Positions 22,443 to 30,981 of a stretch of 40,732 nucleotides of DNA are shown piece by piece (the first letter of the stretch is position 1; each line of letters opens with the position of its first letter). The translations under genes were made by a program, and so were the position numbers. Below the pieces are notes generated by a model. The model did not search any database. It had not been told where the DNA came from and saw nothing but the letters and a program-made list of their open reading frames with translations. The stretch is from the NCBI GenBank assembly GCA_021158195.1, contig JAGGVA010000023.1:1-40732 (forward strand), in the 5' to 3' direction. Source of the stretch: a bacterium (GTDB taxonomy: Bacteria > Patescibacteriota > Minisyncoccia > Minisyncoccales > PEYH01).

Positions 22443-24875
22443 ATGTCAATTCTTGAAAAAATCTTTGGTGACGCAAACAAAAAATATCTTAAAAAAGTAC
22501 AACCCTTAGTTGACAAGATAAACTCATTAGAGAAGGATTTTGAAAATCTTAAAGACGATCAATTGCCTCAGAAGACATTAGAGTTAAGGGAGAAAATTAA
22601 AAATGGGGCTTCTTTAGACGAACTTCTTCCAGAAGCATTTGCTTTGGTGAGAGAGGCGGCAAAAAGAACCCTAAAGCAAAGACATTTTGATGTTCAGTTA
22701 ATCGGAGGAATAGTGCTTCATCAGGGAAAAATTGCTGAAATGAAGACAGGCGAGGGAAAAACTTTGGCAGCAACTCTTCCTGCGTATTTAAATGCTTTAT
22801 CAGGCGAAGGTGTACATATAGTAACGGTGAATGATTATCTTGCCAAAAGAGACACGGTTTGGATGGGTCAAATTTATTATGCTCTTGGAATGTCGGTTGG
22901 ATGTATTACTCATGAGGCGGCTTTTTTATATGATCCGACCTATCAACCAAACGAAGAGGAAAGAGACAAAGAAAGAGACGAAGTTGGAGGATTTAAAGTG
23001 GTAGAGAGTTTTTTAAGACCTGTTTCTCGAAAGGAAGCATATCTTGCTGACATTACTTATGGAACAAACAATGAATTCGGCTTTGATTATCTCAGAGATA
23101 ATATGGCTTATAGCCCCGACCAACGTGTCCAGAGAGAATTAAATTACGCTATTATTGACGAGGTAGATTCTATTTTAATTGATGAAGCCCGCACCCCTTT
23201 AATAATTTCTGCGCCGGATACAGAAAGTTCTCAGATGTATCAGGAATTTGCCAGGATTGTTCCCCACCTCGACCCGGAGAAAGATTATGAAGTTCATGAG
23301 AAAGAAAAAGCGGTAACTCTTACCGAGGCGGGGATTGAAAAGATAGAAAAAATACTAGGCATCGATAATATTTATGAGGAAAAAGGAACAAGATATCTTC
23401 ATCACTTAGAGCAGGCATTAAGAGCAGAGGTTTTATTTAAAAAAGATAGGGATTATGTGGTTAGAGATGGCGAAGTTATTATCGTTGATGAATTTACGGG
23501 AAGATTAATGCCCGGGAGAAGGTGGTCGGGAGGATTGCATCAAGCAATAGAAGCAAAAGAAGGATTAAGAGTAAAACCCGAATCAATTACTCTTGCTTCA
23601 ATTTCTTTCCAGAATTATTTCCGAATGTATAAAAAACTTGCCGGTATGACAGGAACGGCTGCAACTTCCGCTGAAGAGTTTGATAAAGTTTATGGTTTAG
23701 AAGTAGTGGTTGTTCCCACCAATAAACCAATGATAAGGGTGGATCTACCAGATGTTATTTATAAAACAGAGAAAGAGAAATACAAAGCGGTAGTGGAAAA
23801 GATAAAAGAATGCTATCAAAAAGGCCAGCCCATATTGGTGGGTACAAGATCAATTGAAAAAAACGAATATTTGGGAAAACTTTTAGAAATAGAAGGTATT
23901 CCTCATCAGATTCTAAACGCTAAAAATCATGAAAGAGAAGGAGAAATTATTGCTCAGGCAGGAAGGTTAAAATCAGTAACTATTGCCACTAATATGGCAG
24001 GAAGAGGTGTTGATATTATTTTGGGTGGAAACCCCCCAGATCCAGAAGAAGCCGAGCAAGTGAAAAAATTAGGAGGATTGTTTGTTTTGGGAACAGAAAG
24101 ACATGAAGCAAGAAGGATAGATGATCAGTTAAGAGGTAGGGCAGGCAGGCAGGGAGATCCAGGTGTAAGCCAATTTTTCCTCTCTTTAGAAGATGATCTT
24201 CTACGCATTTTTGGCGGGGAGAAAATTAAATCAATAATGGAAAGGTTAAATATTCCCGAGGGTCAACCCATAGAGTCGCGTCTAGTAACTCAGGCAGTAG
24301 AAACAGCGCAGCGGAGAATTGAAGGTTATAATTTTGATATCAGAAAGCATCTTTTGGAATACGACGATGTGATGAATATCCACAGAGAGACTTTTTACAG
24401 AAAAAGAAGGGAAATTTTAGATGCCTCAAAGGAGCAGTTAAGAGAAAAAATAAGAGAGATTTTTCAACAAGAAAACATTGCTTTAGAAGAGTTAGAAAAA
24501 AAAGAAAAAGAGATAGGTGAGCGTTTTTGGGAGATAGTTAAGTTTGTGGCTTTGAAAATAATGGATAATCTTTGGATTGGTCATTTAGAGGAAATGGAGT
24601 ATTTAAGAGACAAGGTAAGATTAAGGGCTTATGGTCAAATGGATCCTCTGGTTGAATATAAAAATGAGGGTTATAGACTTTTCAAAGAGTTGCTGAGAAT
24701 GATAAATACTTCTATAGCACAGGCAATTTTAAACTTATCTGTGAAAAAAGAGAAAGGAGATTTTGAAGAAAAAAAACCTGTTCGCTATACTGGCAAGAAG
24801 CCGGGCAGAAATGACCCCTGCCCTTGTGGATCAGGCAAAAAATATAAGAAATGCTGCTGGCCCAAATACGGATAA
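22443..24875 (+). CDS. secA: Preprotein translocase ATPase SecA
   Basis: [48 protein letters not shown], and the C-terminal zinc SEC-C motif [13 protein letters not shown]. Confidence 0.97.
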   Translation: MSILEKIFGDANKKYLKKVQPLVDKINSLEKDFENLKDDQLPQKTLELREKIKNGASLDELLPEAFALVREAAKRTLKQRHFDVQLIGGIVLHQGKIAEMKTGEGKTLAATLPAYLNALSGEGVHIVTVNDYLAKRDTVWMGQIYYALGMSVGCITHEAAFLYDPTYQPNEEERDKERDEVGGFKVVESFLRPVSRKEAYLADITYGTNNEFGFDYLRDNMAYSPDQRVQRELNYAIIDEVDSILIDEARTPLIISAPDTESSQMYQEFARIVPHLDPEKDYEVHEKEKAVTLTEAGIEKIEKILGIDNIYEEKGTRYLHHLEQALRAEVLFKKDRDYVVRDGEVIIVDEFTGRLMPGRRWSGGLHQAIEAKEGLRVKPESITLASISFQNYFRMYKKLAGMTGTAATSAEEFDKVYGLEVVVVPTNKPMIRVDLPDVIYKTEKEKYKAVVEKIKECYQKGQPILVGTRSIEKNEYLGKLLEIEGIPHQILNAKNHEREGEIIAQAGRLKSVTIATNMAGRGVDIILGGNPPDPEEAEQVKKLGGLFVLGTERHEARRIDDQLRGRAGRQGDPGVSQFFLSLEDDLLRIFGGEKIKSIMERLNIPEGQPIESRLVTQAVETAQRRIEGYNFDIRKHLLEYDDVMNIHRETFYRKRREILDASKEQLREKIREIFQQENIALEELEKKEKEIGERFWEIVKFVALKIMDNLWIGHLEEMEYLRDKVRLRAYGQMDPLVEYKNEGYRLFKELLRMINTSIAQAILNLSVKKEKGDFEEKKPVRYTGKKPGRNDPCPCGSGKKYKKCCWPKYG

Positions 24876-24950
24876 TAAATAATTCAAAATTCAAAATTAA
24901 AAATGCAAAATTACAATGCAAAATTCAAAATTTAAAAACAGTTTTTGATT

Positions 24951-25598
24951 ATGTTTTTTCTTCCTGTTAGTTTAACAGTTTTTATATTATTCCTTCTGTT
25001 GTTGCCGACGATTTTTTTTATTTGGTTTTTTCAAATCGTTAATTTTAGTTTTCAAAAACTGGGCTTAACACCGAATCTTACATTTTTGCTTCTGTTTTTG
25101 ACAATAATCGGTTCTCAAATTAATATTCCTCTGGGTAAATATAAGGTGAGAAATGTTAGAAGAACGGATTTCTTTGGGTTTTCCTTTACCCAAAAAGAGA
25201 TTCAAGGCGTTGCCATTAATTTAGGCGGAGGGGTTATTCCTGTGATAATTTCTCTATATCTTTTTAAACAAGTGCAAGATTTTATTCCGGTCTTGATTAC
25301 TCTTTTTCTAATGATTTTAATAACTCATTTTTTCGCTCGGGTTATTCCGGGAGTAGGAGTAGTATTGCCAGCACTCATTCCTCCTGCCTTTGCCGCTCTC
25401 TTTTCTTTAATTTTTTATCCACAAAACCCGGCAATTTGTGCTTATATTTCAGGAACACTTGGCACCCTTATAGGAGCCGACCTTCTGAATTTACATAAAC
25501 TAAAACAATCTCAGGGTTTAATATCTATTGGCGGAGCAGGAGTTTTTGATGGCATATTTTTAACCGGAATAATTGCTGTTTTCTTGACCGCCCTCTAG
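24951..25598 (+). CDS. Integral membrane protein, DUF1614-like
   Basis: About 6 TM helices and INLGGGVIPVIISLYL. Family assignment is from memory of DUF1614-type sequences. The ORF track start is a TTG at 24945; the ATG is at 24951. Confidence 0.45.
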   Translation: MFFLPVSLTVFILFLLLLPTIFFIWFFQIVNFSFQKLGLTPNLTFLLLFLTIIGSQINIPLGKYKVRNVRRTDFFGFSFTQKEIQGVAINLGGGVIPVIISLYLFKQVQDFIPVLITLFLMILITHFFARVIPGVGVVLPALIPPAFAALFSLIFYPQNPAICAYISGTLGTLIGADLLNLHKLKQSQGLISIGGAGVFDGIFLTGIIAVFLTAL

Positions 25599-25610
25599 CT
25601 TCCCCGAAAA

Positions 25611-25687
25611 TTGGGACTAGGTAATTGGGGCTAGGTTCAAACTGGGGCTAGGTTCAAACTGGGGCTAGGTTCAACCTGGCCCAAATT
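25611..25687. repeat. Tandem 17-nt repeat array (TGGGGCTAGGTTCAAAC x3 plus degenerate flanking units) ending in a near-palindrome
   Basis: Units at 25626-25642, 25643-25659 and 25660-25676. Degenerate unit at 25612-25625. The terminal sequence tggggctaggttcaacctggcccaaatt is 25660-25687. Confidence 0.85.
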
Positions 25688-25732
25688 AGTTAAATTTGAT
25701 TTTTTGCAAACTCTTTGTTATTATAGAAATAT

Positions 25733-25951
25733 ATGTCAAAAGTAATTTCAATTCCAAAAGAGTTATCCAAAAAAGGAGACCTAGTTATTATTCCTCGAGC
25801 AGAATACGAGGAGCTTTTGGATTTGAAAAAAATCGTTCGCTTAATGAAATTGACTCCTTCCGAAAAAAAAGCGCTTAGACTCGGAAGAAAAGAAATAAAA
25901 GAGGGTAAATATATAACCTTAAAACAACTCAAAAGTGAACTGGGAAGTTAG
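25733..25951 (+). CDS. Type II antitoxin (Phd/RelB-like by architecture)
   Basis: 72 aa, DLVIIPRAEYEELLDLKK. Overlaps the downstream RelE/ParE-like ORF by 17 nt. Confidence 0.65.
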   Translation: MSKVISIPKELSKKGDLVIIPRAEYEELLDLKKIVRLMKLTPSEKKALRLGRKEIKEGKYITLKQLKSELGS

Positions 25952-26204
25952 AATTCCCAAAAGGGTTTTAAAAGATATAAAACGAATTCCTAAAAAAGAC
26001 GCGAAGCGTCTTTTAGCTATTTTGGAAGAGATTTCAAGGAACCCTTATTGGGGAGATATTAAAAAAATAAAAGGCGAAGAGAATGTTTGGCGAAGAAGAG
26101 AGGGCGGTTATAGAATTCTATATGAAATTCACTCCTCGAGAAAGATAATTGATATCTTTAGAATTACTAGAAGATCTACAACCACTTATCGCAAAAGAAA
26201 GTAA
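25935..26204 (+). CDS. Type II toxin, RelE/ParE superfamily
   Basis: 89 aa, GTG start. IPKKDAKRLLAILEEISRNPYWGDIKKIKGEENVWRRREGGYRILYEI..IIDIFRITRR matches the RelE/ParE plasmid-stabilisation pattern (W.R.G.YRI.Y.I). Confidence 0.75.
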   Translation: MNWEVRIPKRVLKDIKRIPKKDAKRLLAILEEISRNPYWGDIKKIKGEENVWRRREGGYRILYEIHSSRKIIDIFRITRRSTTTYRKRK

Positions 26205-26255
26205 TCTAATTAGAGAAGAGTAGAACTGGATCTAAAAATTCTATGGGCGTGATCG

Positions 26256-26285
26256 TTGGGCTAGGTTGAACCTAGCCCAAATTTA
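26256..26285. repeat. 23-nt palindrome plus AAATT tail, a direct copy of the motif at 25660-25687
   Basis: ttgggctaggttgaacctagcccaaattta. The arms are tgggctaggtt / aacctagccca. Confidence 0.8.
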
Positions 26286-26286
26286 T

Positions 26287-26314
26287 TTGACAAATGAGAT
26301 AATCTTTATATAAT
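26287..26314 (+). promoter_or_regulatory. Sigma-70-type promoter of secDF (TTGACA-16-TATAAT), ATG 6 nt after the -10 box (leaderless candidate)
   Basis: TTGACA at 26287-26292, TATAAT at 26309-26314, ATG at 26321, no SD. Confidence 0.55.
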
Positions 26315-26320
26315 AAAGCA

Positions 26321-27676
26321 ATGTCTCAAAAAGGTTACAAAATACTTGCTGTATTCTTTATTCTACTGGGAATTTTTCTTGGTTTTTTTGTTTATCCTGC
26401 TCCCTATAATAAAGCAGTAGATTGGATTAACAATAAAACAGGGTGGCACCTTCATCATTTTTGGCAGGTGCCTTTTAAATTGGGATTAGATTTACAAGGA
26501 GGGGTTGAGCTTTTATATGAGGCAGATTTTTCTCAAGTTGAAGCCAAAGATCGTCTCTCTATTATGGAAGGATTGCGGGATGTGATTGAGCGAAGGATTA
26601 ATATTTTCGGCGTAAGAGAGCCACAAATTGAGGTTGTTGTTGCGAATAATCATTATAGATTAAGCGTTAAACTGCCCGGCGTAACAGATCCACAAGAGGC
26701 AATTAAGGAAATAGGAAGGACGCCATTTTTGGAGTTTAGAGAACCAAAACCAAACTATTTAGAGATTCAAAAAAGAAACGAGGAAGTTTTTAAAACAGGG
26801 CAAGGTAGTTATGAAGATCCTTTTCAGCCCACACCTTTAACAGGTAAATATTTAGCCGGAGCAGATTTAAGTTTTGACCAAAGAACAATGGAGCCGATAG
26901 TACTTTTGCGATTTAACAATGAGGGAGCAAAACTTTTCGAAGAAATAACTGCAAGGAATGTCGGGAAACCAGTGGCTATATACATAGATAATGTTTTGAT
27001 ATCAGCGCCGGTAGTTCGGGAAAAAATTACCGGAGGAAGAGCACAGATTACAGGTAAATTTACTGTTCAGGAGGCAAAAGAATTGGTACGGAACCTTAAT
27101 GCTGGGGCTTTGCCCGTACCTATTAAATTGATATCTCAAAGAACAGTAGGGCCTACTTTGGGGAGTATTTCTCTGACAAAGAGTTTGAAAGCCGGGCTTT
27201 GGGGCTTTTTGGCAATTGTTGTCTTTTTAATCTTGTACTACAGATTGCCGGGCATATTTGCGGTAATGGCACTTTTTGTTTACACAATGATAAGTTTGAG
27301 TTTATTTAAGTCAATTCCGGTGGTTTTGACTCTTTCAGGTATTGGAGGTTTTATACTTTCGATAGGTATGGCTGTAGATGCAAATATTCTTATCTTCGAG
27401 CGTCTCAAAGAAGAATTAAGAGAGGGCAAAGATTTAAAACAGGCAACAGAAGAGGCATTTTCAAGGGCTTGGCCCTCTATTAGAGACGCTAATTTAACCA
27501 CCCTTCTTGTTGCTCTTATTCTTTTTGGCATTGGCACCAGTTTTGTTAAGGGTTTTGCCACCACACTTATAATTGGTATTTTGGTGAGCATATTTTCAGC
27601 AATGGTAATTACAAGGTCATTTTTTGCTCTCTTTAGTTGCCGTCGTCTTGAAAAAATTAAGAAACTGTGGGGATAA
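26321..27676 (+). CDS. secD: Protein-export membrane protein SecD
   Basis: LGLDLQGGVELLYEAD, ISQRTVGPTLG, SIGMAVDANILIFERLKEE. Confidence 0.92.
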   Translation: MSQKGYKILAVFFILLGIFLGFFVYPAPYNKAVDWINNKTGWHLHHFWQVPFKLGLDLQGGVELLYEADFSQVEAKDRLSIMEGLRDVIERRINIFGVREPQIEVVVANNHYRLSVKLPGVTDPQEAIKEIGRTPFLEFREPKPNYLEIQKRNEEVFKTGQGSYEDPFQPTPLTGKYLAGADLSFDQRTMEPIVLLRFNNEGAKLFEEITARNVGKPVAIYIDNVLISAPVVREKITGGRAQITGKFTVQEAKELVRNLNAGALPVPIKLISQRTVGPTLGSISLTKSLKAGLWGFLAIVVFLILYYRLPGIFAVMALFVYTMISLSLFKSIPVVLTLSGIGGFILSIGMAVDANILIFERLKEELREGKDLKQATEEAFSRAWPSIRDANLTTLLVALILFGIGTSFVKGFATTLIIGILVSIFSAMVITRSFFALFSCRRLEKIKKLWG

Positions 27677-28575
27677 TGTTTCCATTTGTAAAATACAGAA
27701 AAATTTATTTCTTGTTTTCTTTGATTTTGGTAATTGCAAGTATTGTATCTCTAGCGCTCTGGGGACTGAATTTTAGTATAGAATTTACTGGCGGAAGCGA
27801 GTTAAGGTTTGAGTATAAAAATGAGGTGCCGGATATTTCATCAATCAAAGAATATTTCGAGAAATTAAATCTTGAAAACATTTCTATTAGAAGATTTGGA
27901 GAAAAAGGAGTAATTGTTCGCGCAAAAGAAATTGACGCTAAAACCCAAGAGCAACTTTTTTCTGAACTAAAGAAAAACGAAGAAATAAACCCCGAAAGCA
28001 TTACATTTGAAGAGATCGGCTCTATTATTGGAAAAGAAACAACCAAAAAAGCCCTCAAGGCAATTATCCTTTCTATTGTTGCTATTATTCTTTATGTGGC
28101 GTTTGCTTTCAGAAAAATGGGTAGGGGAACAAAGCCATGGGAATATGGTATTGCTACGGTTATTGCTTTGATACACGATGTTCTTCTTCCGGTTGGAATT
28201 TTTGCCTTTCTTGGACACATTAAAGGGGTGGAATTTTCTTTACCTGTCTTAACGGCTCTTCTTACTATCTTTGGATATTCAGTTAACGATACCGTTGTAG
28301 TATTTGACAGGATAAGAGAAAATCAGTTTAGGTTTGGTCGTTTAGATTTTGAAGAGGTTGTAGATAGAAGTTTGAACCAGACACTTCGCAGATCTATAAA
28401 CACTTCTCTTACCACCCTTTTTGTGCTTCTGGCTTTGTTTTTCTTAGGGGGCGAGAGTTTGAAATATTTTTCTCTGGCTTTAATTTTGGGAACAGTGTTT
28501 GGTACTTATTCTTCAATATTTTTAGCCAGCCCCCTCCTTGTAAGTTGGTACAGAATGAAGTTGAGAAGAAAATAG
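27676..28575 (+). CDS. secF: Protein-export membrane protein SecF
   Basis: FSIEFTGGSELRFEY, GYSVNDTVVVFDRIREN. The ATG at 27676 forms a TAATG overlap with the secD stop. The ORF track lists a GTG at 27667. Confidence 0.9.
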   Translation: MFPFVKYRKIYFLFSLILVIASIVSLALWGLNFSIEFTGGSELRFEYKNEVPDISSIKEYFEKLNLENISIRRFGEKGVIVRAKEIDAKTQEQLFSELKKNEEINPESITFEEIGSIIGKETTKKALKAIILSIVAIILYVAFAFRKMGRGTKPWEYGIATVIALIHDVLLPVGIFAFLGHIKGVEFSLPVLTALLTIFGYSVNDTVVVFDRIRENQFRFGRLDFEEVVDRSLNQTLRRSINTSLTTLFVLLALFFLGGESLKYFSLALILGTVFGTYSSIFLASPLLVSWYRMKLRRK

Positions 28576-28601
28576 AGGAATGAATAATTAAACCTTAAAG
28601 T

Positions 28602-29615
28602 ATGGAAGTAAAATATCAACAATTTTTAAATCAAGCCCTAGATGTTTTACCTTCCCGAAAAAGAGAGATAGTGGAAAGGCGTTTTGGAATTTCCACAGGA
28701 AAAATGGAAACCCTTCAATCTATTGGGAACGATTTTGGTATAACCAGAGAAAGGGTGCGTCAAATAATTAATGATAGTTTAAATCATATAAGGGAGAGAA
28801 AAATGAATGAATTAGTTGTTCCTTTGCGGTATTTATCTGAATATTTAAAACAGAGAGGTTACTTAAAAAGAGAAGATATTTTATTACAAGAAACTGGCGG
28901 CGATAAATTTCAAAATTATGTATATTTCTTTCTAAACTTGGGAGAAGATTTTCAAAGATATAAAGAAGATGAAGATTTATATACGGTTTGGACAATTAAA
29001 GAAGAGGCCGTTTTTCAGGCAAAGACAATCATTAAGACCATTGTTAGACATTTAGACAAAACAAGGCAGACACTTCCTTTAGAGGAAGTGAAAAAAACTA
29101 TTGATACAAAAATTCGTACCCAAGCCCTATATTCGTACATCGAGGCCTCAAAGCACATAGAACAATCGCCCGAAGGACTTTTTGGCTTGGTTCATTGGCC
29201 AGAGATTAATCCTAGAAGCATAAGGGATAAGGCATATGTTGTTTTAAAGAAAAAGGGAGAGCCAATGCATTTTCGAGAAATAGCACTGGAAATTAATAAA
29301 GTTTTTGATTCTGGAAAATCAGTGGCTCCGGAAAGCGTTCATAATGAACTTATCAGAAGCCCTCATTTTGTTTTAATCGGTAGAGGCATCTATGCTCTTA
29401 CAGAGTGGGGATATCAACCCGGCACAGTTAAAGATATTATTGTGAAAATTTTAGAGCAAGATCAACCTCTTAGCAGGGAAGAAATTGTTCAAAAGGTTCT
29501 TCAACAACGCAAAGTAAAAGAAAATACTATATTGTTGAATCTTCAAGACAAAGATTTGTTTGTCAGAGATGAACTGGGGAGATATCTTCTGAGAGAAAAA
29601 AGTTATTCTCAATGA
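28602..29615 (+). CDS. DNA-binding protein: sigma-70 region-4-like HTH (N-terminal) plus HARE-HTH-like domain (C-terminal)
   Basis: RKREIVERRFGISTGKMETLQSIGNDFGITRERVRQIINDSLNHIR is a region-4 HTH. AYVVLKKKGEPMHFREIALEINKVF...VHNELIRSPHFVLIGRGIYALTEWGY resembles HARE-HTH (RpoE-delta N-terminal type). Confidence 0.6.
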   Translation: MEVKYQQFLNQALDVLPSRKREIVERRFGISTGKMETLQSIGNDFGITRERVRQIINDSLNHIRERKMNELVVPLRYLSEYLKQRGYLKREDILLQETGGDKFQNYVYFFLNLGEDFQRYKEDEDLYTVWTIKEEAVFQAKTIIKTIVRHLDKTRQTLPLEEVKKTIDTKIRTQALYSYIEASKHIEQSPEGLFGLVHWPEINPRSIRDKAYVVLKKKGEPMHFREIALEINKVFDSGKSVAPESVHNELIRSPHFVLIGRGIYALTEWGYQPGTVKDIIVKILEQDQPLSREEIVQKVLQQRKVKENTILLNLQDKDLFVRDELGRYLLREKSYSQ

Positions 29616-29655
29616 AAAAGAATGCTACAATAACAAGAGGGATTAATTTGGAGAA

Positions 29656-30972
29656 ATGATCCCAGAGGAGATTTTAATTTTTGTCTCAAAAATCTTAAAG
29701 GTAGTTTGGGTTTTCATTAAAACCTGGTGGTGGGTTTTGCCGCCTTTTCTTTTATGGCGGCCCTTTTTATTTTTCTATTTGCAATGGAGGCAGAAAATTT
29801 GGACTAAAAAGCAAGAATATCAGATGCTGGAGATTAAAATGCCCCGCGAGGTGACAAGACCTTTCAAGGCAATGGAGCAAGTTTTTGCCAGTTGGTGGAT
29901 GCTTTATGATCCTCCCGATTGGTGGGAAAAATGGATAGAGGGAAAATATCAGTTATCTATGTTTATTGAGATTGTAAGTTTAGGAGGAGAAATTCATTTC
30001 TATCTTTATGCTCCAAAGGCCATGAAAAATCTCTTGGAATCGAGTTTGTATGCTCAATATCCTGATGCCGAGATGATAGAAGCCCAAGATTATACAGAAC
30101 TTGTACCTCCAGACATTCCCAATGAGGAATGGGATCTTTGGGGCTGCGATTACGAAATGACTAAACCCGATGTTTACCCTATAAAAACTTATCCTAAATT
30201 CTTTGAAGAGTCGGCCGGCTTAAAAGAAGAAAAAAGAATAGATCCTTTAGCAAGTTTGCTTGAAGGAATGTCAAAGTTAAAACCAGGAGAAAATGCATGG
30301 GTTCAGATAAAACTTACGCCGGTAACCAACGGAGACAATAATTTTAAAGATAGGGCCCAAAAAATAGTGAATAAACTTCTCAAGAGACCATCGCCTCCTG
30401 TAGTTAAGTTTCCTCCTATTCTCAAAGAGGCCTTCGAACTTTTGGCTTACGGAAAAATGCCTGAAGGTCCAAAAATAGAGAAGGAAGAACATTTGATTCC
30501 TCCAGAGATGCAACTTTCTCCCGGGGAGAGAGAAATTGTCGCTGCAATAGAACACAAAGTTTCAAAGCCGATGTTTCAATGCTGGATAAGATTTGTTATT
30601 ATGGGTAAAAAGGGAATATTTTATAAACCTAATCTTAAAAACATTTTAGGATTTTTTGCCAATTTTAATACAGAAAATCTTAATGGGTTAAAACCTTGGG
30701 GTAAAAGCATCACAAAAGTGAAAAAATATGAGCGTGGATTTTTAAATATATTTTTTTATGACTCTCTTCTTTATCTGAAAAAACGCCGCATTTTTAAAAG
30801 GTATAAACAAAGAATGCCTTTGTTCTACCCCAGACCCAGCAAAGAATTTATTTTTAATACAGAGGAGTTGGCAACAATTTTTCATTGTATTGGAAGGGAG
30901 GCAGTGCCTGCTCCAGAAGTTCAGAGAATTGAAAGTAAAAAATCTGAGCCACCCCCAAATTTACCCACATAA
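29656..30972 (+). CDS. Membrane-anchored protein of unknown function, partner of the downstream ATPase
   Basis: Trp-rich N-terminal hydrophobic segment (ILKVVWVFIKTWWWVLPPFLLWRPFLFFYLQW), then about 390 aa soluble. Stop codon is 9 nt before the ATPase start. Confidence 0.6.
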   Translation: MIPEEILIFVSKILKVVWVFIKTWWWVLPPFLLWRPFLFFYLQWRQKIWTKKQEYQMLEIKMPREVTRPFKAMEQVFASWWMLYDPPDWWEKWIEGKYQLSMFIEIVSLGGEIHFYLYAPKAMKNLLESSLYAQYPDAEMIEAQDYTELVPPDIPNEEWDLWGCDYEMTKPDVYPIKTYPKFFEESAGLKEEKRIDPLASLLEGMSKLKPGENAWVQIKLTPVTNGDNNFKDRAQKIVNKLLKRPSPPVVKFPPILKEAFELLAYGKMPEGPKIEKEEHLIPPEMQLSPGEREIVAAIEHKVSKPMFQCWIRFVIMGKKGIFYKPNLKNILGFFANFNTENLNGLKPWGKSITKVKKYERGFLNIFFYDSLLYLKKRRIFKRYKQRMPLFYPRPSKEFIFNTEELATIFHCIGREAVPAPEVQRIESKKSEPPPNLPT

Positions 30973-30981
30973 TTATATTTT

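Noticed and set aside
25611-25687. Tandem repeats considered as a CRISPR array
   Set aside because: The units are only 17 nt long and directly abutting, with no spacers. There are no cas genes in the window.
25690-25932. 80-aa minus-strand ORF and a 60-aa + strand ORF (25696-25878) overlapping the antitoxin
   Set aside because: The 72-aa frame (25733-25951) gives a typical antitoxin sequence and the classic overlap with the RelE/ParE-like toxin. The alternatives have no such support.
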